57,883 nucleotides of DNA from a virus (Duplodnaviria > Caudoviricetes). Under the pieces are notes generated by a model, which saw only the letters and a list, made by a program, of their open reading frames with translations, had not been told where the DNA came from and searched no databases. The DNA is taken from positions 1 to 57,883 of IMG/VR virus record IMGVR_UViG_3300028025_002279. One strand, written 5' to 3'. The translations under genes and the position numbers were made by a program. Of this stretch, positions 1-8,372 are shown one piece after another. How positions within the stretch are numbered: position 1 is the stretch's first letter; each line of letters starts with the position of its first letter.

Positions 1-164
1 GTGCGTCGAAAAAATGCTGAATTCAAGTAGCAGCCATGCCCCATATAGACTGCGATGACCTTTGACAACGACGGAATGTTGGGAGTTATAGCTTTCATCT
101 GTTAGGCATCTAACCGATTATTGTTACCTTTTTTCCTTGTAATGAGCACACCAAAATTTCTTTA

Positions 165-216
165 CGGCATGGGATATAGCCCGCTAGGATTGAGGGTCGA
201 CCACCTCCCCATGTCG
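165..216 (+). ncRNA. short tRNA-like (acceptor stem + T-arm-like) hairpin element
   Basis: CGGCATGGG 165-173 pairs with CCCATGTCG 208-216; inner GAGG/CCTC stem with GTCGACCA loop. Confidence 0.35.
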
Positions 217-235
217 CACACTAAAACACACACAC

Positions 236-481
236 ATGTCAACTATTAACACTATCCAACTACACATGCTCTTGTTAGATTCTATCATGCACTACAAGAA
301 TGGTATGCACATCACTAGAAACTATATAACAGCTAAGAGAATGTTCTGCTCTGCTATGGGCATCAGTCCACGTACTACCTCAAAGAAGATGATTGAGGCT
401 ATTGGCTACGTCTACATTGAGAATGGTATGGAGGATAAGTTCATGAGAACTATCGAGAGATTTGACCTACAAGTAAACTAA
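236..481 (+). CDS. hypothetical early protein
   Basis: 81-aa ORF with A/C-rich leader. Confidence 0.7.
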   Translation: MSTINTIQLHMLLLDSIMHYKNGMHITRNYITAKRMFCSAMGISPRTTSKKMIEAIGYVYIENGMEDKFMRTIERFDLQVN

Positions 482-492
482 AATAGAATACA

Positions 493-636
493 ATGAAAAG
501 TTACAAATTTAAAATTGGAAGCAAAGAGTATACAATTGAAACAAATAGTATTGAAACAGCCTACCTACTTGCATCCGCATGGAAGGAACATAATAAACTG
601 AGAGGTAAAATCACTCTAGTAGGAACTGAAAATTAA
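493..636 (+). CDS. small hypothetical protein (47 aa)
   Basis: hand-translated MKSYKFKIG...GTEN; fills the gap between neighbours. Confidence 0.6.
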   Translation: MKSYKFKIGSKEYTIETNSIETAYLLASAWKEHNKLRGKITLVGTEN

Positions 637-656
637 TAACGATAAAAACTAAACAC

Positions 657-878
657 ATGAAAAAGTTACTACGTCTATTCGTTCTATCATTGCTATTCAT
701 CACCCTATTTGCTATTGCCTATGCTGTACTACCTACCATAGTATGGTTGTATGGTGGTGAGTTCAAGACTATCAGCCACAACTTAGCATACGTAACCTTT
801 GGTAGCTTGGCAATTGTAATCATGCTAGGCATACAATTCCATGAGACATTCGATTCTAACTTCTACGAGAAAAAATAA
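657..878 (+). CDS. hypothetical membrane protein
   Basis: 73 aa, two hydrophobic segments. Confidence 0.7.
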   Translation: MKKLLRLFVLSLLFITLFAIAYAVLPTIVWLYGGEFKTISHNLAYVTFGSLAIVIMLGIQFHETFDSNFYEKK

Positions 879-884
879 ATCAAT

Positions 885-1091
885 ATGAGACAACGTAAAC
901 AAATGCCCGTAAGGTCTAAGTTCAGACCTATTGAATCTAAGGTAGAGTCTACCTACGATAGATATGTAAGGATACAACAACAGCTAGGTCTAACCTACCT
1001 TGAAATCAAGAGAGGGTGGGCAGAGATGTGCAGACGTGCAGAGATGTCTGCTGAACTAGGAACACTAATCAAACCAATAAACTTTAACTAA
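885..1091 (+). CDS. hypothetical protein
   Basis: 68-aa ORF in tightly packed operon. Confidence 0.65.
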   Translation: MRQRKQMPVRSKFRPIESKVESTYDRYVRIQQQLGLTYLEIKRGWAEMCRRAEMSAELGTLIKPINFN

Positions 1092-1105
1092 ACAAACCTT
1101 AAGTT

Positions 1106-1447
1106 ATGAAACAGCAAGTAAAAAGCATCATTGAGAACTTTATCGCTAACGTACCAGAGTTTTACCCATCAATCTATTCAAAGGATGACGTAGTTACACT
1201 ACTGAATGACATGCTTGTCAAGGTGGAGGAACTAGAGGAGGAGAATCAAAAAGAGTATGGTACTTACACGAAGGAGCAAATCGCTAATGCTATCGATGAG
1301 ATGAGGACGGATACCATAGTAGACCTAGACTATCGTAGTGCTGAACTTGAATTGGATGGCAATGAGATTTCAGTAACCGACATGGACTACGAAATTGATA
1401 CTGAGGAGATAAGGATACAAATCTTCAAAGTATTGGATAGAAACTAA
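1106..1447 (+). CDS. hypothetical acidic protein
   Basis: 113-aa ORF. Confidence 0.75.
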   Translation: MKQQVKSIIENFIANVPEFYPSIYSKDDVVTLLNDMLVKVEELEEENQKEYGTYTKEQIANAIDEMRTDTIVDLDYRSAELELDGNEISVTDMDYEIDTEEIRIQIFKVLDRN

Positions 1448-1453
1448 TAAACA

Positions 1454-1481
1454 TAGGGGTGCAGTATCCTAACCAACTGCA
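1454..1481 (+). other. compact H-type pseudoknot candidate
   Basis: TAGG 1454-57 pairs with CCTA 1468-71; TGCAGT 1460-65 pairs with ACTGCA 1476-81; stems interleave. Confidence 0.4.
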
Positions 1482-1500
1482 ACTTTTAAAATAATATAAC

Positions 1501-1731
1501 ATGTCAAAGAGTCTATTAGAAAAAGCTAACAATCAAGTATGGGATGCACTATTCAGAGAGGTGACTGACTACCCAAACACCACACTGAGGGTAATGAACA
1601 ATCTTAAATCAGTCAATTGGATATCAGACCTTAGGTTTGAGGATGTCCATTGGATAGTAAAAGAGGTACTACATAAGAGCTACTTTAACTATGGAGATAT
1701 ATACGACCTATTTCATAAAGAACAAAACTAA
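1501..1731 (+). CDS. hypothetical protein
   Basis: 76-aa ORF. Confidence 0.7.
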   Translation: MSKSLLEKANNQVWDALFREVTDYPNTTLRVMNNLKSVNWISDLRFEDVHWIVKEVLHKSYFNYGDIYDLFHKEQN

Positions 1732-1737
1732 TAACAC

Positions 1738-1890
1738 ATGATTAATGTATATTTTGAAACAACAAACGGATATTCAGAACTAGTTGCAACATTTGAATAT
1801 GAACAAACATATGTCAATTGTTTTGATTCGCTAAAACAAGAGTGCGAAAGAATGGGTTTTGACTTTATAACTGAATCATTAGAAAACTAA
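1738..1890 (+). CDS. small hypothetical protein (50 aa)
   Basis: hand-translated MINVYFETT...SLEN; ATAACAC-ATG leader. Confidence 0.65.
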   Translation: MINVYFETTNGYSELVATFEYEQTYVNCFDSLKQECERMGFDFITESLEN

Positions 1891-1901
1891 ATCAATAACA
1901 C

Positions 1902-2165
1902 ATGAACTATAACAAGATTAAAAAGATGCAACGTGAAATGGGATATTCCACGATGCAACAGCTAGTAGACAATGGTCAAGCATGGATGATGGAAGGTAGC
2001 GTAGGCAGGGAAGCTATGTACCTGCTAGAGATTGGTGCAATCATGCTACCCAAGAGACCACATCAAGACTACTATGGTAACACCATACCTTCACGTGATT
2101 GGCTCAAGGAAGGTAAAGGTACATTTCAGAATTCAGTTAACTTTTATTCACACATAAATCAATAA
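1902..2165 (+). CDS. hypothetical protein
   Basis: 87-aa ORF. Confidence 0.75.
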   Translation: MNYNKIKKMQREMGYSTMQQLVDNGQAWMMEGSVGREAMYLLEIGAIMLPKRPHQDYYGNTIPSRDWLKEGKGTFQNSVNFYSHINQ

Positions 2166-2169
2166 CAAC

Positions 2170-3117
2170 ATGAACAACTTTGCAGACAGCATCATTGGTG
2201 GTGCATTCGACGGACTACAGCTATCAGATAACGCTAACGCTGAAGCAGTAGCTACATTGCTAGATAGATTCGGTTTAAGGTGGTCAGTATCTAAGCAGGA
2301 ACTATACCTGCCCGATGGGACTCCTACTACATTCAAGGCTATTGTCAGAGATGACAACAAGCAGGTGTTCGCTACATGTAAGGATGGCTACACACCATAC
2401 CAAAATTCTGAGCTCGCTGAGATGTTGATACGTATATCTGAGAAGACGGGATACGATATCCATAGTGGTGGCATGTTCAATGGTGGTGGAAAGATATACT
2501 TACAGCTATCTACGGGCAACGAGATTAATGGTATCGGTCTCAACAAGACAAAGGTGAAAGGCTACGTGACGGGTATCAATGGTCACGATGGCACTACATC
2601 ACTCAAGTGGGGTGCTGTTAACTTTACCATCTGCTGTTCCAATACCTTTGCTGCCGCTAAGGGTAAGCTACAAAATACAGCTAGACACACAGCATCAATC
2701 CATGACAAGGTAGAGCGTAGCATCAGAGAGATTGAAGGTGTGACAAAGCAGGAGCAAACTATCTTCGAGCAGTTCATCAGACTATCTGAGGTAGCTGTTA
2801 CTTCTAGCAACATTGTTAGGATTGTAAAAGAAGTTACGGGTGTTGACATCAACACGCCACGCAGTAAAGCTGATGACATCTATAGCAGTTACGCTATCAA
2901 TAGGGCAGGAGAATTGACTACATCAATCTCTAAAGAGATGGCTCAGAAGGGTGAAACATTGTGGGGTCTATTCAGTGGCGTAACACACTACACCTCACAC
3001 GTAATGTCTACACCGAATCGTGAGAATGCTAGACTAGAATCTAAGTATGTTGGTAGTGGACTAACTATCGACAACGACGCATTCGCTAGTGTATTGAGCA
3101 TGGCTTCAATCGGTTAA
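2170..3117 (+). CDS. DUF932 / TIGR03299-like phage-plasmid protein
   Basis: W.V.K...VR.D...Y.P.QN, GG.F.GG.K, N.HDG, C.N, RHT and TLWGLF.GVT.Y..H motifs. Confidence 0.8.
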   Translation: MNNFADSIIGGAFDGLQLSDNANAEAVATLLDRFGLRWSVSKQELYLPDGTPTTFKAIVRDDNKQVFATCKDGYTPYQNSELAEMLIRISEKTGYDIHSGGMFNGGGKIYLQLSTGNEINGIGLNKTKVKGYVTGINGHDGTTSLKWGAVNFTICCSNTFAAAKGKLQNTARHTASIHDKVERSIREIEGVTKQEQTIFEQFIRLSEVAVTSSNIVRIVKEVTGVDINTPRSKADDIYSSYAINRAGELTTSISKEMAQKGETLWGLFSGVTHYTSHVMSTPNRENARLESKYVGSGLTIDNDAFASVLSMASIG

Positions 3118-3128
3118 CTATCATCATC

Positions 3129-3156
3129 GGGTGGGCAAATGCTCACCCTTTTTTTT
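3129..3156 (+). terminator. intrinsic terminator
   Basis: GGGTGGGC/GCTCACCC stem followed by T8. Confidence 0.85.
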
Positions 3157-3174
3157 ACCTCCAATTCATTCATC

Positions 3175-3252
3175 ATGAAAAAGCTACTAATTGTCACAAT
3201 CTTCTATACAGCCATTGTATTATTCAACCTGCACGCATGGGGAATCATTTAA
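3175..3252 (+). CDS. hydrophobic peptide (25 aa)
   Basis: MKKLLIVTIFYTAIVLFNLHAWGII. Confidence 0.4.
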   Translation: MKKLLIVTIFYTAIVLFNLHAWGII

Positions 3253-3322
3253 AACAGCATATTCTTTGCAACATTAACAAAGTTTTAACTAGTGTTTAAC
3301 TTTTCTTTAAGAACTCAAGCAG

Positions 3323-3330
3323 TAATTTTG
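3323..3330 (+). promoter_or_regulatory. Bacteroidota -7 promoter element
   Basis: TAATTTTG upstream of the ORF at 3353. Confidence 0.6.
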
Positions 3331-3352
3331 CCAATAATCAAAAACATATATC

Positions 3353-3529
3353 ATGAAAAGTAAAATCATTTCTCACATTGCTGTAGAAGAACTTTATTCA
3401 GACCAAGATGGTTGGTGGATTGTATTGAAAGATGGATACAATTATTTTGGATGCTGCTCATTTAGGGAGGATTCCTTAAGAAGACTATACGACTCACTAT
3501 CTCAAGTTAAAATTGGAAACCCTTATTAA
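3353..3529 (+). CDS. small hypothetical protein (58 aa)
   Basis: hand-translated MKSKIISH...GNPY. Confidence 0.6.
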   Translation: MKSKIISHIAVEELYSDQDGWWIVLKDGYNYFGCCSFREDSLRRLYDSLSQVKIGNPY

Positions 3530-3541
3530 AAAAAACACATT

Positions 3542-3676
3542 ATGAAACCAAACGAATTAAGAATGCTAGTCATTAAGAACTTTATTGAGTACTACACTAG
3601 CGATGAAAAAGAACGTCTTGAAATGTTAGAAGTGGCTATGAACTATTGCGAAGAGGTCGAAGTAGAATTTGAATAA
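3542..3676 (+). CDS. small acidic protein (44 aa)
   Basis: hand-translated MKPNELRM...VEFE. Confidence 0.6.
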   Translation: MKPNELRMLVIKNFIEYYTSDEKERLEMLEVAMNYCEEVEVEFE

Positions 3677-3692
3677 CCATAAAACATAACAC

Positions 3693-3884
3693 ATGAAAAT
3701 AGATATGACAAAAGGCTCAAAGAAATTGCTATTAAAATTTATAAAAGATAGCAAGGATTTAAGGGTTAAGTTTATTGAATCAGAATCTTTTGAAGAATTC
3801 TACCCAATAATTTTTGAAGTATTTGAATTTACCGATGCTCAGTTGGAGGAGGTAAAATTTGATTTCCTAAAAAGAAGAATATAA
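3693..3884 (+). CDS. hypothetical protein
   Basis: 63-aa ORF. Confidence 0.65.
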   Translation: MKIDMTKGSKKLLLKFIKDSKDLRVKFIESESFEEFYPIIFEVFEFTDAQLEEVKFDFLKRRI

Positions 3885-3908
3885 AAATTCTTCACTAAAA
3901 CAAATACT

Positions 3909-4208
3909 ATGAGCGCAGAACTACAAATGAGAACACTATTCAATGTATACTACGAACAATGTCCTCACGAGAGGATAAGGTATACAGCATCTGAATTCAG
4001 AGACAATCACCTTCAGTCTTGGATTGTCATGAATGGTATAGAGCTGTGTTACATGATGTATCAAGGTAAGCATCAATATATCTTCATGTGTAATAGATAT
4101 TGCCCTAAGCTAGGAGATGAAACATACTACTTTAAGACATATGAAGAGTGTAGCAAAGTTCTAAACATGGCAGAAGAAGAACTTATTGAATACGCATATT
4201 CTCTATAA
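3909..4208 (+). CDS. hypothetical protein
   Basis: 99-aa ORF. Confidence 0.7.
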   Translation: MSAELQMRTLFNVYYEQCPHERIRYTASEFRDNHLQSWIVMNGIELCYMMYQGKHQYIFMCNRYCPKLGDETYYFKTYEECSKVLNMAEEELIEYAYSL

Positions 4209-4225
4209 CAATAAAAATCAAACAC

Positions 4226-4624
4226 ATGAAACTTTACAACAGACAGTTAGAATCACTGAAGAAAATTATCTACGAACATTTAAAATCTCAGCCCGATGTA
4301 GAAATCGGTGACCTTAACAATTGCGTAGAAGAGGCTGACTATATTGTCAGAGAGTGGAAGATGAAACATAATATAGAAGTTATGTTTGACGAGACATCTA
4401 ACAAGCACTGCAATGATGTTGACGGAAACATACTTAATGTTGGTGATTATGTTATAGCTCTTGACGTCGATGACCTTCATGATTGTGACCTAGTTAGGGG
4501 AGACGTATTAATAGTTACTAATATAGATGACCCCGTATCAAACTATATAATATTTAGAAAAGATGAGGATGAAAAAGAATATGGATTCTATGGACATAGG
4601 GTACTAAGATTCAAACATCAATAA
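4226..4624 (+). CDS. hypothetical protein, possible C-terminal SH3-like barrel
   Basis: 132 aa; D.DGN.L.VGD.V pattern. Confidence 0.7.
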   Translation: MKLYNRQLESLKKIIYEHLKSQPDVEIGDLNNCVEEADYIVREWKMKHNIEVMFDETSNKHCNDVDGNILNVGDYVIALDVDDLHDCDLVRGDVLIVTNIDDPVSNYIIFRKDEDEKEYGFYGHRVLRFKHQ

Positions 4625-4634
4625 ACAATAAATC

Positions 4635-4850
4635 ATGAAACCATTAACAGCACAAAAGTTATTCGAATTACTTAACGAGTTAAAGATTGACGGCTACGAC
4701 CTAGAGAAGGTAACCATCAACTACCGAACTGACTCAGACTCAGACGTTGAGGTAATCACCTATGTTGGAGATGACCTATATGACGCAGAGACAAACAGCG
4801 TGTTAGAGTCTATTGTACTTATGGCAGACGCATCAGATTATGAACAATAA
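4635..4850 (+). CDS. hypothetical acidic protein
   Basis: 71-aa ORF. Confidence 0.7.
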   Translation: MKPLTAQKLFELLNELKIDGYDLEKVTINYRTDSDSDVEVITYVGDDLYDAETNSVLESIVLMADASDYEQ

Positions 4851-4862
4851 AAAACAAATATC

Positions 4863-5069
4863 ATGAATAATCAACACGAAGTAACAATCAATGCAGTAGA
4901 GCTAGCTTGTATCCTTGCAGAGGAGGAGCTAAATGACAATCATGGAGACTATATGCAAATCTATGTAGAAGATGATGAGGAGTCAACCTATACCGATGAA
5001 GCTCAGAAGATGTTCGATGAGCTGTACGACTACTACATGGAATTAATTAACGGAACTAAAGTAAAATAG
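4863..5069 (+). CDS. hypothetical acidic protein
   Basis: 68-aa ORF, very D/E-rich. Confidence 0.7.
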   Translation: MNNQHEVTINAVELACILAEEELNDNHGDYMQIYVEDDEESTYTDEAQKMFDELYDYYMELINGTKVK

Positions 5070-5070
5070 T

Positions 5071-5298
5071 ATGAACAATCCACATCAGTACAACTACACA
5101 CAACAGCTAGAGCATAGGCTCAGAATGGTTGAAGATGACTTGCATATATTGAAAAAGTTCATATTCGATAACAATCTAGCTAACGTATTTGACAAGTCAA
5201 CGTCTACATGTGACTCTGCTTGGTCTAATATAGTCAACATAGAAGTTGCATGCGACCTTAATGACGATACATCTCTGACTTGGGGAATGTTCCTATAA
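5071..5298 (+). CDS. hypothetical protein
   Basis: 75-aa ORF. Confidence 0.7.
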   Translation: MNNPHQYNYTQQLEHRLRMVEDDLHILKKFIFDNNLANVFDKSTSTCDSAWSNIVNIEVACDLNDDTSLTWGMFL

Positions 5299-5310
5299 AT
5301 AACTAAACAT

Positions 5311-5451
5311 ATGAATACTATTACATTTCTAGAAGAGACAAAGAAAAGCCTAATAGGTAAGAAAATTATAGACGTAGGAGATAACTACATCGAGCTGGAT
5401 GATGGATGTAGGATATACATATCGGAAGATGAAATCAATTTCTTAAACTAA
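5311..5451 (+). CDS. small hypothetical protein (46 aa)
   Basis: hand-translated MNTITFLEE...NFLN. Confidence 0.6.
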   Translation: MNTITFLEETKKSLIGKKIIDVGDNYIELDDGCRIYISEDEINFLN

Positions 5452-5462
5452 AAACAAATATC

Positions 5463-5708
5463 ATGAACTACAATTTCTTTCTATTCTGCAAGCTTTACGA
5501 TGTAATGATTGGTGTAGACTACTACTACGATGTGCTGTTCGAAGACCTTAAGGAACTATACAATAAGTTTGCGGATAGCGACTACAACAACCCGAACATG
5601 GGAACTTATGAGTGTATTGAGACGTACTTAAAAGATAACCATGCAGACATCATTAATAAATTCACAAGACAGCAGGAGAGTCTTGGCATAAAACACATAA
5701 ACGCATAA
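5463..5708 (+). CDS. hypothetical protein
   Basis: 81-aa ORF. Confidence 0.7.
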   Translation: MNYNFFLFCKLYDVMIGVDYYYDVLFEDLKELYNKFADSDYNNPNMGTYECIETYLKDNHADIINKFTRQQESLGIKHINA

Positions 5709-5711
5709 ACT

Positions 5712-5882
5712 ATGGCAAAGAAAACTTCTATCAGAGAACATCTTATTGACGCAATCCTTGAACTATCGGTTGATGAGTTCGAGTCTGAGCAGGACTTGAT
5801 AAAGCTGGCAAAGGAATCAGAGGAGGAACTAGTCTACCGAATTGTAGACATTGCGGAATACTATAAGGAACAAACCATATAG
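5712..5882 (+). CDS. small acidic protein (56 aa)
   Basis: hand-translated MAKKTSIRE...EQTI. Confidence 0.65.
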   Translation: MAKKTSIREHLIDAILELSVDEFESEQDLIKLAKESEEELVYRIVDIAEYYKEQTI

Positions 5883-5883
5883 T

Positions 5884-5970
5884 ATGCAGAAGATAACTAT
5901 GTGGCTGTCCATATTTTGGGCAGCCCTTCTTACAATCATCATAATCCTAAACATAAAAGAAAAAAAATGA
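5884..5970 (+). CDS. single-TM peptide (28 aa)
   Basis: MQKITMWLSIFWAALLTIIIILNIKEKK; ATGA overlap with the next gene. Confidence 0.5.
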   Translation: MQKITMWLSIFWAALLTIIIILNIKEKK

Positions 5971-6173
5971 GCAACTTAAAATTCTACGTTATCAACCTTA
6001 GACTTCTGGATGAAGACGATGCTAGCCTAGACTTTGGCAACATGCCAAACTATGAGTTTATGACCATAGCGGCAAAGTATGGAGAAGTATATTCACCTAC
6101 ATCATTTGAGAACTTAATTAACAACGATGACTTCGATGCTGTCAACTGCTTCATCAGAATCATTGAAGATTAA
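5967..6173 (+). CDS. hypothetical protein
   Basis: start moved to the ATG at 5967 (MSNLKFY). Confidence 0.7.
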   Translation: MSNLKFYVINLRLLDEDDASLDFGNMPNYEFMTIAAKYGEVYSPTSFENLINNDDFDAVNCFIRIIED

Positions 6174-6205
6174 TTTGTTTGATAACAAACATTTAACTAA
6201 CTTTG
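6174..6205 (+). promoter_or_regulatory. Bacteroidota sigma70 promoter (-33 TTTG, -7 TAACTTTG), near-leaderless
   Basis: TTTG 6174-77, 20-nt spacer, TAACTTTG 6198-6205, ATG 4 nt later. Confidence 0.75.
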
Positions 6206-6209
6206 AACA

Positions 6210-6437
6210 ATGATTAACAAACTAATTGAAATTAACGACCAACGCAGTGCTAAACTTATGGTTGCCTGCGGACAGCTAGGTGCATACCAATCAATGATTA
6301 TATATGCTATAAAATGTCTCAATGGTAAGACTATAGCAGATGCTGAATCAGTAGCAAAGTATCTTGAAGAAAAACAAGATGAACTAATTAAAGAACAAGA
6401 TTTATTAATATTTAAAACGCACAACTATGAACTATAG
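6210..6437 (+). CDS. hypothetical protein
   Basis: 75-aa ORF. Confidence 0.7.
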   Translation: MINKLIEINDQRSAKLMVACGQLGAYQSMIIYAIKCLNGKTIADAESVAKYLEEKQDELIKEQDLLIFKTHNYEL

Positions 6438-6672
6438 AGTAATTGGTGAGCGAATAATGAATGCTCACGACGATAACCAAGTTGATAGACATGAGTCTGC
6501 ATTTACTTCATATACAGATGCAGTAGACTACTATATATCTACAGTGTCTCAGGTAGTTGAAGACATGGCTGACTTAGGTGGTGACTTTGTCTGCACACTA
6601 GTATGCGACAAGGATGATGATACTGTAGAAGTAATGAAGAGACATGTAATATCTACAACTGTATTGTTATGA
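6427..6672 (+). CDS. hypothetical protein
   Basis: 81-aa ORF. Confidence 0.7.
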   Translation: MNYRVIGERIMNAHDDNQVDRHESAFTSYTDAVDYYISTVSQVVEDMADLGGDFVCTLVCDKDDDTVEVMKRHVISTTVLL

Positions 6673-6914
6673 CGAATATAGAGAAACTAAAGTTTGCTGT
6701 TGACATATTATCTTCCCTAGTGGAGGCTAACTATGACAAGGCAGATGAATTTAAAAACATACAGCTAATTGCTGAACTAAATTGGAAGTCTATACCACAA
6801 GCGTATAAGTTTCAAAAATCAGTTATAGCATCAGCAACAAGAACTGATATCTATAAACTAAATTCAACAATAGTAATCGACATAAGAGATGTTGGATTAT
6901 TTCAAATAATGTGA
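6669..6914 (+). CDS. hypothetical protein
   Basis: 81-aa ORF, ATGA overlap. Confidence 0.65.
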   Translation: MTNIEKLKFAVDILSSLVEANYDKADEFKNIQLIAELNWKSIPQAYKFQKSVIASATRTDIYKLNSTIVIDIRDVGLFQIM

Positions 6915-7291
6915 GCATGAATGCATATGTAATCCCCGGCCTTAAGCATAGAGATGTAACAAAGCAATACTTCGTACAAAAGAGAGGTATACCAATACAG
7001 GTAGTAATAGAAGAAGCATGTAAGGTTTTCAATGCAGACCCAGATAAAATACCAAAGAAAACTAGAGCTCAAGAGGTAGTAAACGTAAGGCATTTCGTAT
7101 CTTGGTTCTTAGTAAAGCAGATGGGTATGACATTGAAAGCTGTTGGTGTTGATGTATTAGGAGGTAGAGACCACACTACCGTAATTAACAGCATAAGGAA
7201 GTTTTCTAATCTATACGATACGGAAGAGATGTTCAAAGATAATTCAAATTTAATAGTAGAAAACTTAATGTCATGGACAAAGAAACTTTAG
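6911..7291 (+). CDS. stand-alone DnaA C-terminal (domain IV) HTH protein
   Basis: R..EVV..RH, then LKAVG...LGGRDHTTVINSIRK (DnaA signature GGRDHTTV). Confidence 0.85.
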   Translation: MSMNAYVIPGLKHRDVTKQYFVQKRGIPIQVVIEEACKVFNADPDKIPKKTRAQEVVNVRHFVSWFLVKQMGMTLKAVGVDVLGGRDHTTVINSIRKFSNLYDTEEMFKDNSNLIVENLMSWTKKL

Positions 7292-7560
7292 TGTCAGTAA
7301 TAGCAGAAGTATTTGATGTAGAGAAAGACTTTATGAATAGGAAAGTTAGGAAGAGGAGGTATACATATCCAAAGAAGGCACTATGTATGTACCTATACAA
7401 TAATACAGAGCAAACGTATGAGTACATTGCAGAGTATATGGGATTTAAGAATCATACTTGTGCACTATACCATGTAAGGAGTGGACAAAACCTATACGAT
7501 ACATTTGAACCATTTACAAAGAAGCTTGACATTGTATACGAAAAACTAAGAGAACTATGA
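7273..7560 (+). CDS. second DnaA domain-IV-like HTH protein
   Basis: VIAEVFDV...RKRRYTYPK..CMYL...TYEYIAEYMGFKNHTCALYH parallels DnaA domain IV. Confidence 0.65.
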   Translation: MDKETLVSVIAEVFDVEKDFMNRKVRKRRYTYPKKALCMYLYNNTEQTYEYIAEYMGFKNHTCALYHVRSGQNLYDTFEPFTKKLDIVYEKLREL

Positions 7561-7892
7561 CTGATGGACAAAGAGAATCAATCTACATTATATACGTAAA
7601 TGTATGTAATGCTTTAACCTATGCAGAGGTAATGCTTAATGATGATGTATCTAAATCCGTTAAGGACACTATACGTGTATATAGGGATAGACTTAGGTGG
7701 ATTAAGAGAAGTATGGACATGAAGGTGGGTACTGATAATTCTATGGATGTAGACATCCTAAGATTTGATGGACTAGTGAGGCTGTTATCTTCTATGCCGG
7801 AACAATACGCAGATAGATTGGAAAACCATATAATCAAGTTCCTTGAAGACTTAGATGAAGAATTAAAAAGTGGGGACGTTCCCGTCCCCTAA
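7557..7892 (+). CDS. hypothetical protein
   Basis: 111-aa ORF. Confidence 0.7.
   Translation: MTDGQRESIYIIYVNVCNALTYAEVMLNDDVSKSVKDTIRVYRDRLRWIKRSMDMKVGTDNSMDVDILRFDGLVRLLSSMPEQYADRLENHIIKFLEDLDEELKSGDVPVP
7864..7890 (-). terminator. intrinsic terminator of the inverted holin-like gene
   Basis: minus strand GGGGACG-GGAA-CGTCCCC followed by ACTTTTT. Confidence 0.75.
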
Positions 7893-7894
7893 CT

Positions 7895-8053
7895 TTACTT
7901 CTTTACAGATACAGACCAAATGGCTCCGATAAGAGTCATCACTGCACCAATAACTTCAACAATCAAAGATTCGTCTATAAGACCTTTTGATACTGCAAGG
8001 CCACCAACGAATGTCAATGCGTGTCTGATAAGACCTGTTAATTTTTCTTTCAT
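7895..8053 (-). CDS. two-TM holin-like protein (Pam3-gp28-like), 52 aa
   Basis: hand-translated MKEKLTGLIRHALTFVGGLAVSKGLIDESLIVEVIGAVMTLIGAIWSVSVKK; has its own promoter and terminator. Confidence 0.75.
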   Translation of the reverse strand: MKEKLTGLIRHALTFVGGLAVSKGLIDESLIVEVIGAVMTLIGAIWSVSVKK

Positions 8054-8067
8054 AAAAAACATTTTGA

Positions 8068-8075
8068 CAAATTTA
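8068..8075 (-). promoter_or_regulatory. -7 promoter element
   Basis: TAAATTTG on the minus strand, 14 nt before ATG 8053. Confidence 0.7.
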
Positions 8076-8129
8076 ATTACTTTTTTTTAGAGGATATATT
8101 AATTTCATAACCAATTAAAAATCAATGAC

Positions 8130-8372
8130 ATGACTCCAATGCAAAAGTTACAAGCAGAGTTTATGAATCTCAGAAACATTCCAGATAATGAGAGGAACTA
8201 TCTGATAAATCTAATATCAGAACTAATTGATGAAGAGAAGTTAGTTATCATGAAGTCTTATGCTGATGGTATAGAGGCACTGAGAAAGTCTATAACAACT
8301 GACGAATTGTATAACAGCTACTTAGAATACTACAACCAAAAACAATATAATGTTCACAACAAAGTTTATTAG
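8130..8372 (+). CDS. hypothetical protein
   Basis: 80 aa; MTPMQ.L...EK..I..SY pattern common in Bacteroidota phages. Confidence 0.7.
   Translation: MTPMQKLQAEFMNLRNIPDNERNYLINLISELIDEEKLVIMKSYADGIEALRKSITTDELYNSYLEYYNQKQYNVHNKVY

Noticed and set aside
2144-2152. DnaA-box-like TTATTCACA as a phage origin
   Set aside because: Isolated match inside a coding region; no cluster of boxes seen
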